Source: Octopus sinensis (taxonomy: Eukaryota). From it: 64,000 bases of DNA. Location: assembly GCF_006345805.1 (NCBI RefSeq), contig NC_043013.1:21328001-21392000 (forward strand), written 5' to 3'. The translations under genes and the position numbers were made by a program. The first letter of the stretch is position 1. Each line of letters begins with the position of its first letter. A model generated the notes under the pieces. It ran no database searches. It worked only from the letters and a program-made list of their open reading frames with translations, and had not been told where the DNA came from. This document shows, one piece after another, positions 41,333 to 54,285 of this stretch.

Positions 41333-41625
41333 ATGTCTCGGTGGCTAGAGCGTCTAGTTCACAATCATGAGGTAGTGTGTTCGATTCTTGAGCAAGACAC
41401 TTTATTTCACGTTGTTCCAGTTCACTCAGCTGCAGAAATGAGTTGCTTCGTCACTGGTTCCAAGCTGTATCGGCTTTTGCCTTTCACAACGGTGGCAAGG
41501 AGAGGAGAGGCTGGTATGCATGTACGACTGCTGGTCTTCCATTGCCCGGACTTGTGCCTTGGAAGAGAACTTTCTAGGTGCAATCCCATGGTCATTCATG
41601 ACCGAAAGGGGTCTATATTATTACC
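41333..41625 (+). mobile_element. SINE family D
   Basis: Homologous to 27103-27420, including the CCCATGGTCATTCATGACCGAA tail. Confidence 0.85.
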
Positions 41626-41950
41626 TTTATAATTGCATCAACGCAGATTTATTTTCTTTTTTTTTTAAATATTAAGACTTATCCAGTCATAAATGACTCT
41701 CCACTCTTTCAAATATTTTTCTGCGGATGGTGACAACATCGAAAGGTAACAATACAATCACCAGCTGTAGCATTGTTCTTACTGGTTAAAACCTAAATAA
41801 ATAGAAACCAGGGAGGGTAAGGTTGCTTTACTAAGGACATGTGGCGTTGTCAAGTAACAGAGTTCGAACTCTTTGGTCGGCAATCCATCTTATTTATCAT
41901 CGGTTATCACCAGTAATATACTGGGGTCGGATGACTGTCCACTTTAGATG

Positions 41951-42111
41951 CCTAATCAATCAAGAATAAATTAAATAAGTACCAGTAATACACTAGGCTG
42001 AAACATTCCATTAGACTGACTCCCACACATACCTAATCAATCAAGAATAAATTAAATAAGTACCAGTAATACACTAGGCTGAAACATTCCATTAGACTGA
42101 CTCCCACACAT
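41951..42111 (+). repeat. Tandem duplication, period 81 bp (80 bp identical)
   Basis: CCTAATCAATCAAGAATAAATTAAATAAGTACCAG...CTCCCACACAT at 41951 and 42032. Confidence 0.95.
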
Positions 42112-43514
42112 TCTCATTGTGCATTATCAAATAAATATGTCAGCTATGGAGGAGAAATGAACACGATAATATTAAATGTATTATTATCCAGTTAAACAAA
42201 CAAATCATCTCGTGATAGTATTATTATTGTAGCTTTATTTTCATTTCATATTTTTTTACAAATTTGTACTTTAATCGTTCCTATACAGCGTTTTAGCACC
42301 AAATAAATACAGCGGCCATATTTTGAATGACTTCACCAAAATAACATGTTTCAAATAACATCTATAAATAGAAACTGTTAAATTTTAATATTTTGTTTCT
42401 GCTACTGTCTACTGTAGCACATTGATGGAGTCGAAGTCTTCAAGGAATACAAAAACCATTGAAAGCAAAAATGTCCGTTTTTCTTTTTTCGGTTCGCGGA
42501 AAAGAAAAAGAAAATGGAAAAGTTCTTCTGAAAATATTTCCATTTCTTTGTTGTTATTCTCTCTTTTTTTTTTCCTTTGTATCATTTACCATTTTAGTGC
42601 GGAGAGAACAAGAATGAGGAAAAGTGGTTTATTATCTTCTGGGAGAGAAACTATAGACACCCAATAAATCACAGGATGGTTGTCAGATCGATAAAATATT
42701 AATAACCTGAGATAAAAATTTATCTCACACCTCATAACATTCAATTAATTGATGGAAATAAATTCACTATAAATTTTCCAAATCTAAAATATCATTTTAT
42801 CCACAATTCAGGTTTTATACAGAATTTTTCTTTTTTTTATTTTGTATTTTACTTGTTTATTTTGTGCTTATTTACTTGTTTCTAAATTTATTTCTATTTT
42901 TATTATCTTTTTGCATTTTTGTCTAATCTTCTGATAAAGTTTCCGCAGTTAATATCTGTTGATCTTGTTTTGATAACTGGATTCTTTTTAGTTAATATCT
43001 CTTGTTCATCAATTATCATTTTTAATATTTATGCAGTCGCAGAAATATTTTCCCCAAATTTTCTCGAGCGTTTACATTTCTCTCTTTCTCTCACTCTCTC
43101 TCGCTCTCTCTTCTCCTCCTCCTCCTCCTCCTCTCTCACATATGTCTTCAATAGAACAGACAAAATGAATGAACTAACACATTTTTCTAATTGTTTATAT
43201 TTATTCTTTCCAACATGCATTTGATCGTTGAAAATATCTTGATGGTTTACACGACGAAAATATTTGATGTTCTAGATTTAAAACATGACTGCTTTTAGAT
43301 CCACATTTGTTAATAGATAGTACTGCAAGTTGGCAATATGTATTTTTAATGATATTATACAGACAAGTGAACGAGTTAAGGTGGGTGTCTCTCAGGGTGT
43401 GAACAACTATTATTGTTGCGTTCTAGGAATAAAGTTTGACACATTTATCTTCCTGTCATACACTGCTAGCCTAAAATATTTCCCAGAACTATTATAACCA
43501 TTAATTGATCAGTG

Positions 43515-43730
43515 AGGTAGCGAACTGGCAGAATCTTTAGCGTGCCGAACAAAATGCTTAGCGGCATTTCGTCCGTCTTTACGTTCTGAGTTCAAATTCC
43601 GCTGAGATCGACTTGGCCTTTCGTTCTTTCGGGGTCGATAAGATTTGTACCTGTTGAGCACTGGAGCAGATGTAATCGTCTAGCTCCGAATCCAAGTTTC
43701 AGGCCTTGTGCCTTTAGTAGAAAGGATTAT
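43515..43730 (+). mobile_element. SINE C2
   Basis: Head, B box GTTCAAATTCC, core and tail. Confidence 0.85.
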
Positions 43731-43744
43731 AAATTGATCAGTAA

Positions 43745-43955
43745 GGGCTACGATAGTTACTGCGCCCGACAAAATTCTAAGCGACATTTCTTCTGGCTTT
43801 CTATTCTGAGTTCAAATGTCGCCAAGGTCAAGTTTGCCTTTCAAACTTCTGGTTCGATAAAATAAGTATCAGTTGAGCATTGGAGATCGATGTAATCAAC
43901 TAGGCCCCTCCCCTTAAGATTTTAGGCCTTGTAGCTATAATACAAAGGATTATTA
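43745..43955 (+). mobile_element. SINE C2, diverged tandem neighbour
   Basis: Same layout; the flank AATTGATCAGT is repeated at ~43503 and ~43732. Confidence 0.75.
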
Positions 43956-44165
43956 ATCTATCAGTTATTTTCATTGTTCTCCAGCTTCGATTCAAACTTG
44001 ACAGTACGAGTCCATGATCAAAGATGGTCCAGCTGTTACTTGCTCCTATTTTAAAACAAAGCAATGTGTAACCAGGTCTACATTATGAAATATTTGCTTC
44101 GTTTCTAAGACGGTTGGGTTTGATTTAAGGGAGATTTAGCAGGGGTTTTGAAAGAAAGTTCTATA

Positions 44166-44571
44166 GGCGCAGGAGTGGCTGTGTGGTAAGTAGCTTGCTT
44201 ACCAGCCACATGGTTCCGGGTTCATTCCCACTTCATGGCACCTTGGGCAAGTGTCTTCTGCTATAGCCTCCAGCCGACCAAAACCTTGTGAGTGGATTTG
44301 GTAGACGGAAACTGAAAGAAGCCTGTCGTATATATGTATATATATGTGTGTGTGTGCGTGTGTTTATGTTTGTGTTTGATCCCCAATATCGCTTGATAAC
44401 CTATGCTGGTGTGTTTACGTCCCCGTAACTTAACGGTTCGGCAAAAGAGACCGATAGAATAAGTACTGGGCTTACAAAGAATAAGTCCTGGGGTCGATTT
44501 GCTCGACTAAAGGCGGTGCTCCAGCATGGCCACAGTCAAATGACTGAAACAAGTAAAAGAGTAAAAGAGAG
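44166..44571 (+). mobile_element. SINE B, full length
   Basis: Complete consensus. Confidence 0.93.
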
Positions 44572-45538
44572 TGTGCTTCAACATTCCAGTGGAGGCCTCC
44601 TTGCTGGACTCCTTGTCTTGTAAACCTATCGGTAATTGTAAAGTGTGGTAGTTTCTCCTTGTTGTCTTCGACATTTTTTTCTGAATATACGATGCATAAT
44701 GATATATAAGCCTAATACACTTATTGATGAACTATACAATGCATATCAATAAAATCATCTTGACACGTAGAAGCATAAAATTCCATTACAGAAACCGAAT
44801 GGGTAGAAACGTAAGCTGGGGGGTTAGGGCGGAGAATTAAGTTGTATCAGAAATGACAATAATTGAACGCATAATAGAAATGAGCAGCAATGAAAAGCTA
44901 TAAGTCTATCAGCTTCTGTTAACTCCTGGAGCTGATATCACACCGGGACTGTGGCTGCATAATATTATTATATAATCATTCTGTAATTACACTATATGAT
45001 TATTGTAATTTCATTATATCATAACATAATTATCTAACCGGAAGCACGTCGCTGTTGTTACTTCATGGAGATAACCTATCAATTTTAATTGTTCTATGCT
45101 GTTTCATTACTTGGTTAAATACTTGTTTTATTTCATAATTTATGTGAATGCATATTAATACCGCGTGTTGCGTTCATAACTTGTGTGTGGTGTGGGTGTG
45201 TCTGTATGTGTACCTGTGGGCGTGGGTGTGTCCGTATGTGCACTTTTGTGCATCTTTACCTGCATCAATATGCACCTGCCTGAACCCGCTGAAGTTTTGT
45301 AAGTATAATATCAACTTAAATTCGAAACTGAAACAACTTTACATAATCAATTCAAAGCCTACACACAAACTAACACACACGCGCGCGCGCGCGCACACGC
45401 GCGCGCGCACACACACGCACGCACACACACACATACACACACATACACTCAAACACACAAACAAACATACATACCCATGCATATATATATACATTCATAA
45501 ACTTTTATATATATATATATAATATATATATATATATA

Positions 45539-45902
45539 TGATGGCTGTCCCCTCGTTATCGAGTATGGCCATTGCACGAAGCTTAACTGTTATTGGTGCT
45601 GTGATCGAATGTGACTTTTTAGCCCAGCTAAAGTTCTACAATATCTTGTACAGAAGTGGCAGCTAAAACCTTTACCAGTAATAGCCGGCTGTAGTTGTAA
45701 CTGGGCTTCATGTACCTTTGCATGTCGTTTAAGTCCTCCTGCCGAATTACACTCTCTTCCACAAGCCTGACAGATATGATTAGTATGGTATGTTACACCA
45801 CCACCAGAGGCCAGGTAGTCACTCATCTGTCTCGCTTTATGACTACGAAGATGACTCTTGAGTCCAGCTTTACTGAGGCAGGATCTTGCACAGACCCTGC
45901 AC
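45539..45902 (-). mobile_element. Triple C2H2 zinc-finger segment with LINE-like 3' tail (probably RTE 3' end), copy 1
   Basis: CRVCARSCLSKAGLKSHLRSH, CQACGRECNSAGGLKRHAKVH, CHFCTRYCRTLAGLKSHIRSQH, then a stop, a short UTR with hairpin CTCG-ATAA-CGAG, and (TA)n. Confidence 0.7.
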
Positions 45903-45991
45903 ATACATACATACATACATACATACATACATACATACACACCCATGCATATATATATATGCATGCATAAACTTTTATATATATATATATA

Positions 45992-46355
45992 TGATGGCTG
46001 TCCCCTCGTTATCGAGTATGGCCATTGCACGAAGCTTAACTGTTATTGGTGCTGTAATCGAATGTGACTTTTTAGCCCAGCCAAAGATCTACAATGTCTT
46101 GTACAGAATTGGCAGCTAAAACATTTACCGGTAATAGCCGGCTGTAGTTGTAAATGGGCTTCATGTAACTTTGCATGTCGTTTAAGTCCTCCTGCCAAAT
46201 TACACTCTCTTCCACAAGCCTGACAGATATGATTAGTATGGTATGTTACACCACCACCAGTGGCCAGGTTGTCACTCATATGTCTCGCTTTATGACTACG
46301 AAGATGACTCTTGAGTCCAGCTTTACTGAGGCAGGGTCTTGCACAGACACTGCAC
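45992..46355 (-). mobile_element. Triple C2H2 zinc-finger segment with LINE-like 3' tail, copy 2 (tandem duplicate)
   Basis: Same layout, about 13 amino-acid differences, all Zn ligands kept. Confidence 0.7.
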
Positions 46356-46640
46356 ATACATACATACATACATACATACATACATACATACATACATACA
46401 TACATACATACATACATACATGCATACATACATACATACATACATACATACATACATACATACATACATACATACATACATACATACATACATACATACA
46501 TACATACATACATACATACATACATACATACATACATACATACATACATACATACATACATACATGCATGCATGCATACATACATACATACATACATACA
46601 TACATACATACATACATACATACATACATACATACATACG
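46356..46640. repeat. (ATAC)n microsatellite
   Basis: Direct reading. Confidence 0.97.
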
Positions 46641-46663
46641 TATAAGTACATCTATACACACAT

Positions 46664-46830
46664 TTGAGGGGTGCTGAAAAGTTCTTGGTTTCAAGGATAT
46701 CGCGAAACTGAAGAACTTCTAGAATAAGTGTGTGAATCTGAGAGGGAAATATGCTACATAAAATCATAATTAATTGAACCTCCTGTATTTTCTTTTACCC
46801 AAGGCTAAGAAGTTTTTGGTACCCTTCATA
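46664..46830. mobile_element. Short mariner-derived MITE remnant
   Basis: TGAGGGGTGCTGAAAAGTTC ... GAAGTTTTTGGTACCCTTCATA diverged TIRs. Confidence 0.55.
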
Positions 46831-47051
46831 TGCATTTCTATATACATAATGCTTTTTGCGAACTGGAGCTCGAATTAGATATGGATAGCAAGTAAATATT
46901 GGATGCAAAAACCCTTTGGGATAGAAAAGGTAGAAAGCAACGAATATATACATGCTATTATCTATAGTTTTATGTACGCTTCGAGATCCAGTTCCAAATA
47001 ATAATTATTTCACGTACTCTCAAAAGTCTATAAATTCTTAGGTTGTCAACA

Positions 47052-47096
<45 letters not shown>

Positions 47097-47097
47097 A

Positions 47098-47490
47098 TGT
47101 GGATGAGTGGTAAGAAGCTTGCTTCCCAGCAACATGGTTCCAGGTTCAGTCCTACTGTGTGGCACCTTGGACAAGTGTCTTCTACTTTAGCTTCGGGCTG
47201 ATCAAAGCCCTGTGAGTGGATTTAGTAGACGGAAACTGAAAGAAGCCTGTCATATATATGTATGTGTGTGTCATTGTGTCTGTATTTGTTTCACCATCAT
47301 CGTTTGACAACCGATGCTGGTATGTTTACGTCCCCGTGACTTAGCCGTTCGGCAAGGGAGACAATAGAATAAGTACTAGGCTCACAAAGAATAAGTCCTG
47401 GGGTCGATTTCTTCGACTAAAACCCTTCATGGCGGTGCTCCAGCATGGCCGCAGTCAAATGGCTGAAACAAGTAAAATAACAAAAGAATA
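47098..47490 (+). mobile_element. SINE B
   Basis: Both modules recognisable. Confidence 0.88.
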
Positions 47491-47949
47491 CAAGAATATA
47501 CACAAGAGAGAGGGAGAGACAGGAAACACATTTTGTGCATTTGAACAGCAAGTTCGCGCACCACACTAACTATACCAACGCAGTTATACACATACATATC
47601 TGAATGCCTGAACGGGATAGCTTTCGATAGTACGCATGCGCGAGATGTTTTTAAATCAATACCTGTATATGCTTCCGAGGTAACTCGGGACATATATAGT
47701 GAAATGCGTACATAATTCAATATATATACTACTCTGAAGGGGCAATGTATATTTACGCATCTATATAATGCAGGAGCAAAGCTCATGGCTTTCCTAAACA
47801 CCGCCAAATATTCGCCGAGTGATTGGCTGAATAACAATCTTATCGAAATCAAGACAGTAAACTGTAAAACAGTTTTACATCTTAATAATATATTTGTCGA
47901 GAACAGTTTGCTTTGCTCACTTCTAAGAAGCAATATAAGAACAAAGCTA

Positions 47950-48330
47950 ATATAAGAAAACCTAGTGATTACACAAGAGTAACATTAAATAAGAGCGGAT
48001 CTCAGACACAGAAGAATGCCGACATCCAATGTATCTCAGTCAAATTCAATAAGACCTGGATCTAATATTAAGCTCTAGAGAATGAACAGGTAAAGATGGG
48101 AAGTATAGAAATGCATTCCGAAAAGATTACACCGTGAAGTGTTAGAAGAGGAAGCTGAAGGTAAATAACGGCTATGATTCTAATAGGTTTTTTTTTATGA
48201 TCAGATTGGGGATCTGGCTGTACTTGAATTGAGGAGACAAGCGCCATGTTAGATATGGAATGCTAGCGTATTCAATGGCGGTATAACATCTTTTACTTGA
48301 AGTCCTATATCAATCTCGTTTTAAAGTTAA
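47950..48330 (-). mobile_element. Degraded CR1/L2-type LINE RT C-terminal fragment
   Basis: Peptides AIEYAS and KKKPIRII echo the LEY.S..W...LDRIQKKAIRII motif; heavily frameshifted. Confidence 0.4.
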
Positions 48331-48664
48331 CCCAACGACTTTACATTGCATTTGTAAGACACTTCACATTTCTATGTTCGCCATCAGATTAAGGAACGGA
48401 AATTGTTAGCATTGCATCACGTGATATCTGAGATGCATTGCTATACACGCCAACGCATTGAAATGTGGTTTGTAAAGTTCAGGTAGGTTGAGATGCCGTC
48501 CGGATTGGTAATTGATAGTTGATTTAACAATAGAACGATACACGTATGACCATTCGTGTGTGTGTGTGTGTGTGTGATTTCTTATTCTCTGTCATAGCAT
48601 TATTAGATCTTTAATCGACAAAACTTGCCCCAACGTAACTCATTTTATAGTTATATAGTACAAG

Positions 48665-48890
48665 AAGCAGTTAAAGTAACAAGGAATATACAGTTCTATA
48701 TTTAAGAGATGAGGAATTATGTACATTATTTACATTATTTACATTCGACGGATATTTGTCCTCTTCTTGTTTGTTGTTAACACAACGTTTCGGCTGATAT
48801 ACCTTCCAGCCTTCTTCAGGTGTCTTGGGGAAATTTCGAACCTGGGTTCCCATTCCTAAGGTATTTTTCGATGTTATTATTATTATTTTC
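48665..48890 (-). mobile_element. Penelope-type pseudo-LTR / short non-autonomous element carrying a hammerhead
   Basis: Contains an intact minimal hammerhead; boundaries approximate. Confidence 0.55.
48780..48823 (-). ncRNA. Minimal type I hammerhead ribozyme
   Basis: ACAC-CUGAAGA-A-GGCUG(gaagguauau)CAGCC-GAAA-CG-UU-GUGU: full core, paired helices I and II, palindromic ACGU helix III. Confidence 0.75.
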
Positions 48891-49377
48891 AACTCCGAAA
48901 TGCGTTTCTGCAGACCTCCTATACGGTTTTATTCAAACGTAACCTTCATACGTTCAAACCAAACTTTAACCAGCGTCACTCAGTTGTCCTATCTTCTTTC
49001 TAAGGGCACAGCTTCCTCTCTAAGATTCAAGTAAGATTTAATCTTACTCTATAAGCACTGCGTAGGCCCCTTCTTCTCTCATTGAAAAATCACGTTAACA
49101 TAAATTTTCCTCCAATAATTTAATATCCCTTTAAACATTCTTTCATATTTCTACTGACATCTTTCAAATATTTTAATTGTTTATATTTTTGCTTCCATCA
49201 AAGGTTAATCCTTCTTATTTGAAAAATAAAATAACAACTCCTCTCACTACTCCCATTATCCTTATATCCGGACAATAATAAAATCTTGAATAATAAACTT
49301 AATTGAATACTTTATATTGAATTAAATTATCGGAAGATTTCCATTAATGCAGGAAAGGTGACGATGATGACGACAAC

Positions 49378-49500
49378 GACGAAGAAGAAGAAGAAGAAGA
49401 AGAAGAAGAAGAAGAAGAAGAAGAAGAAGAAGAAGAAGAAGAAGAAGAAGAAGAAGAAGAAGAAGAAGAAGAAGAAGAAGAAGAAGAAGAAGAAGAAGAA
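49378..49500. repeat. (GAA)n microsatellite
   Basis: Direct reading. Confidence 0.97.
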
Positions 49501-49816
49501 TTAAAAACAACATCAATATTACCACGATTAATCAAAGCAACTATAACAAGAACCTCAAAACTTAAAGACTGAATCTTAAATATTCATTATTCTCCACCAG
49601 ATTATCTTTTTTGCTTTCATATAAGATTGTACGAAGATTAAATGGAATTATTAACTTCTGAATCATTCTTGAATATTTTTTTAATATTTCTCAGTATGAA
49701 CGAAGATGTCATTTGCTGTCTTCACTGATTTCCCTCTTAAACAATCTATGTATCCTTGCCTAGCATTTTTAATTTCATGTGTATGACCCAACAAAGGAAA
49801 GATGCCTGTACATGAG

Positions 49817-49933
49817 CCAACAGGAGTCTTCTATATATCCAGCAGGAGTCATCTACATATCCAACAGAAGTCTTCTACATATTCTGCAGGAGTCTTCTAC
49901 ATACCCAATAGGAGTTTTCTACATAACCAACAG
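49817..49933 (+). repeat. 22-bp minisatellite, ~5.3 units (CCARCAGGAGTCTTCTACATAT)
   Basis: Units start at 49817 with period 22. Confidence 0.9.
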
Positions 49934-50479
49934 AGGGCTGAAGTACTTCTATATTACTATATTACTCAGTAAGAAGACTTCCATATATTTCAGCAGACGG
50001 GTGCTTACATATGATGTATAAAAGAATTTTCACGATCCAGCAATGGATTATCTAAACGGTTAGATAAGGTAAGAGTCTTCCCAACCAAGGAGAGAGATGC
50101 TACCCGGACGATTGACTTGCAAGAAACTGAGGCCAAATTTTCTCTCAAATCAAACTTTTCAACCAAAAAGGAAGGACACGTAATTTTCGACATTTTATGT
50201 TTCAAAGGGTAAAAAACGTAAAATTACAGCTGGAAAATATTTGATCAAAGGCGTGTTGAGCCAAACTTTACCTAGATTACAGATGACTCTATGTGAAGAA
50301 TCCAGTTCCAAACCTAAGGAATCACTAATAATCGAAAATGTCGATCTTTACACTTAGATATCTATGGATTTTTCATTCAGCCACCGCAGTGCTGCACCCA
50401 AAGCCTAAACATTTGATACATCCAATCTCACTCATATGACCACCCCTTATAACTTTTGTAGTTTATCTGTAATTTAAAT

Positions 50480-51040
50480 AACAGAAAGAGGTCATATATT
50501 TATCTCCACTTAAACGTGGATGTTGTGTTAGAACAGACTATACTGCAGTTGTTAATATGAGAGACACTCCCATATTACCTTTTGATACACTCTAGTTTAT
50601 ATCGTTAGTGGAGACATAAATACTTATCTCCAGCGCCGAGACCACCTGATCACGTGATTTCGACTTTCCTTGGTCTCGACACCGATGGACGCTCGACTGT
50701 TAGGGGTAGCAGTGACTCATCTTCCCTCTAGCGATATATAGACAAACTATGCCAGAATAGGCGCTGATGTCGCAATTAACCAATGAGTTTGTTAAAAAAT
50801 ACGTATTAGCGACAGAGGCAGTATTAATAGCGAGAGGTCATATTCATCTCCACTTAAACATGGTTGCTCTATTAGAACAAACTATACTGTGGTAGTTACC
50901 ATGAGGGAAACTTTCATATTGGTTTTTCATATTGGCAAAATGCACAATGTACTCTTGGTCGAAATCACTGGATTTGGTGGTCTCAGCGCTATAGGTGGTG
51001 GGGATTCATTTCCTCGCTAGCGATATAAACAAAAGTGTAT
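50480..51040. repeat. Diverged ~350-bp direct duplication with an internally inverted segment
   Basis: GAGGTCATAT..ATCTCCACTTAAAC at ~50486 and ~50833; CTAGCGATATA at ~50727 and ~51017; the middle block is reversed in copy 2. Confidence 0.7.
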
Positions 51041-52254
51041 TAATACTAACTTTTTCGCTAATTTATAAATAATGCAAAGTTAAAGCAATGAATTCCTTAG
51101 AATTGTTTTAATATTTCTAGTCAGTGATGTCAATGAAGGAAAGATTAATTTCTCACTATTAGATTGAGGAAAAAAATAAACATGACTGGACGTGAAAATA
51201 ACAAAGAATTCCTCCAAATTTTTTAAAGGAAAATTCTTCTCCAATTTTATAGAAATAGCCAACGTGCACCATCTCCACTGAGAATTAAATCAAAATTTGA
51301 ACTACTCACTTCCAGGCTTCTTTCAGATTGCAAGGAAGAGAATAAAAAACACTAAAAATTACCAGTTTCAGATTATAACAAATTTTACCCTTCGTAAGAT
51401 AGTAAAAGATGGAATTAAATTCTTTGAGTATCAGATCTTTCCATATATTTTTCTCATTCATATTTGGCTTCATTCTTATATTTTTGCCACTACCGGAAAC
51501 AAGTGGAATATTTATGTAATTATTCCCCTTGGGCGTGGACTCTCTTTTTTTTTTTCCTACTATGTTTCTAATTAAAGCGATTGCAAGTTATAATGTTTTT
51601 ACTTGTGTAATGTAGGAACTACAGAAAATTACAGTCGGTGAAAGAAACTAAATAACTGTTGTTTTGCCTGCCGTATTCAACGCACCAAATGTCCCCGCAA
51701 GACGCCCCTAACTACTTGTTGTTTTATCTTTATTTGTCTAAGTTCTTGGAAGCGTTGCGTTCTTCTATTAACTCACTTCATTCGCCATTTTTCACTTCAC
51801 AGAATGAAAGGGAAAAACAACTTGTTACTGACAAGCATCGAAACATCAACTATCGAGCCTCTACTCCGGTGGTTTTTTGTAGATATTCTCTGTGTATTCG
51901 TTGTAAGTGACGATTGAGTTATTAGTAATGGTAATGTTGTGAATGGATACGTTAATGGCGATGGTGGTAGCAGTGCTAGTACTGGTGGTGGTGATGGTGG
52001 TGGTGGTGGGGTGATATTAGTTAATTGCGAGGTGATGGTAGTGATGGTGGAGTTGTTGCTGGTGGGGTGGAGAATGGTCGGTAAAAGTGGTGGTAGAGAA
52101 AATTCTGCAGTTTCTCTGATTTTGTTTGCTCATTGTGTATATATTTGTGCACATGTGTGCACACTGTGAGTATACACATATTCGTGTATGTATACACACA
52201 CTTGTATGGATGTTTCTGTCAGGGTGCTTCCTCTACATGTCCTTTCCTTGCATT

Positions 52255-52640
<386 letters not shown>

Positions 52641-52699
52641 CATGTGTGTTTTTCTTTATGTTCTGAAGTTAAGTTTTTAACAAATATGAATGGCAAGTT

Positions 52700-52787
52700 C
52701 CACACTCGAAAATAAATTCTGGGGTTGATATAATCGACTTCAACGCAGTGCCCCAGCATGGCCGTCATCCAGTGACTGAAACAAGAA
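52700..52787 (+). mobile_element. SINE B 3' end fragment
   Basis: GCAGTGCCCCAGCATGGCCG...TGACTGAAACAAG. Confidence 0.7.
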
Positions 52788-52788
52788 T

Positions 52789-52821
<33 letters not shown>

Positions 52822-53734
52822 TATATATGTTTATATCCATATATATATATACGTGTATATGCATATATATATATATGTGTGTGTGTGGGGTATATATATA
52901 TATACATATATATACACATATATATATACATATACATATATATATACATATATATATGCATATATGTCTGTATGTATATAAATAAATAGATATGAGTCAC
53001 TGTGTATGTTTGCGTATGTGTGTGTGTTTTTGTGCGTGTGTGTGTGTGTGTGCGTTCGTGTGTTGTGTGTGTACATAAAATCACACACAATCAACCACAC
53101 CAATATAACGAAAAACTACAAACAAAACAATCAACCGAAAAGCATGAAGAAAGAAATCTCAACAAAACAAAGTGAATATTCCATATTGAAGTTAGGATAA
53201 AAGAAAAGCTTTCCCTATATTTATAAGCTTATCATCTGTCACTGCTGCTGCTGCCGCCGCTGCTCCAAGATGGCTGTAGCTCTATTGCAGAGTGGGTCGG
53301 TGATTTAAGAACATTTTTTTTTTACTTATATTCATTGCTTAAAAGAATACAGGACTAGAAATTAACTATAACATTCAATGCACATCACCATACCACGGCT
53401 ACTACTGCCACCACCACCACCACCACCACAAACAACAACGATACCAACAACATTATATTTAATGCTAAAAGAAATATCAACAAAAACAACGCCTACGAAT
53501 AATGCGTTGGCTTTGTCCGCCATCTTTGCATATGATGTGTGTGTGTATATGCGTGTATCTTTATGTATGTATATGCTTGTGCGTGCGTCTGTGTTCTCAT
53601 AGTGCAAGAGTCCTTACGTGTGTAAGTTCACTGATTTCACGTGCCTTTGTGCATTTACATATATTTTTATATCTCACTAAATATACGGAAAATTACGTAT
53701 ACTTACGGAAGTCTTCTTGTATAACATCGGTGGA

Positions 53735-53735
53735 T

Positions 53736-53805
<70 letters not shown>

Positions 53806-53838
53806 GGATGGATGGATGGATGGATGGATGGATGGATG

Positions 53839-53925
<87 letters not shown>
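53735..53925. repeat. (GATA)n(GATG)n(GATA)n tetranucleotide array
   Basis: Direct reading. Confidence 0.97.
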
Positions 53926-54039
53926 GTGTTGACTAAGCAAGTGTGTGTGAGTTGGTGTTAAAAACAGAATCAAATATAGCCTCATGAGGCAGGCTTCCCA
54001 AATTCTTTCGTGTATATATTTCCTCCCTAAACGGAACGC

Positions 54040-54170
54040 CGGCCCGTCGCAGAGTTACTCATTTTGTTATCTGAGTGGACAGAAGCAACGTGAAATGAGG
54101 TGCTTTTGTCAAGAATATAACGCATTGCCTGATCCAAGAAACCGCAACCTTACGATCATGAGTACAACAT
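54040..54170 (-). mobile_element. Diverged SINE D-related head
   Basis: Reverse complement ...CATGATCGTAAGGTTGCGGTTTC...CTTGACAAAAGCACCTCATTTCACGTTGCTTCTGTCCACTCAG. Confidence 0.5.
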
Positions 54171-54285
54171 GCTCCCTCACTTATGTGTATAAATACATAT
54201 ATATACATACATATATATATATATAGACACACAAATGCATACATATACATATATATATACATACATATATTTATAGATACATATA

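Noticed and set aside
45539-46355. Host C2H2-ZNF gene of the cephalopod expansion
   Set aside because: No TGEKP linkers or splice acceptor; LINE-like 3' tail and microsatellite truncation; differences between copies look mostly non-synonymous.
49817-49933. CRISPR-like array (also 58230-58727)
   Set aside because: Contiguous tandem units without unique spacers, eukaryotic context, no cas genes.
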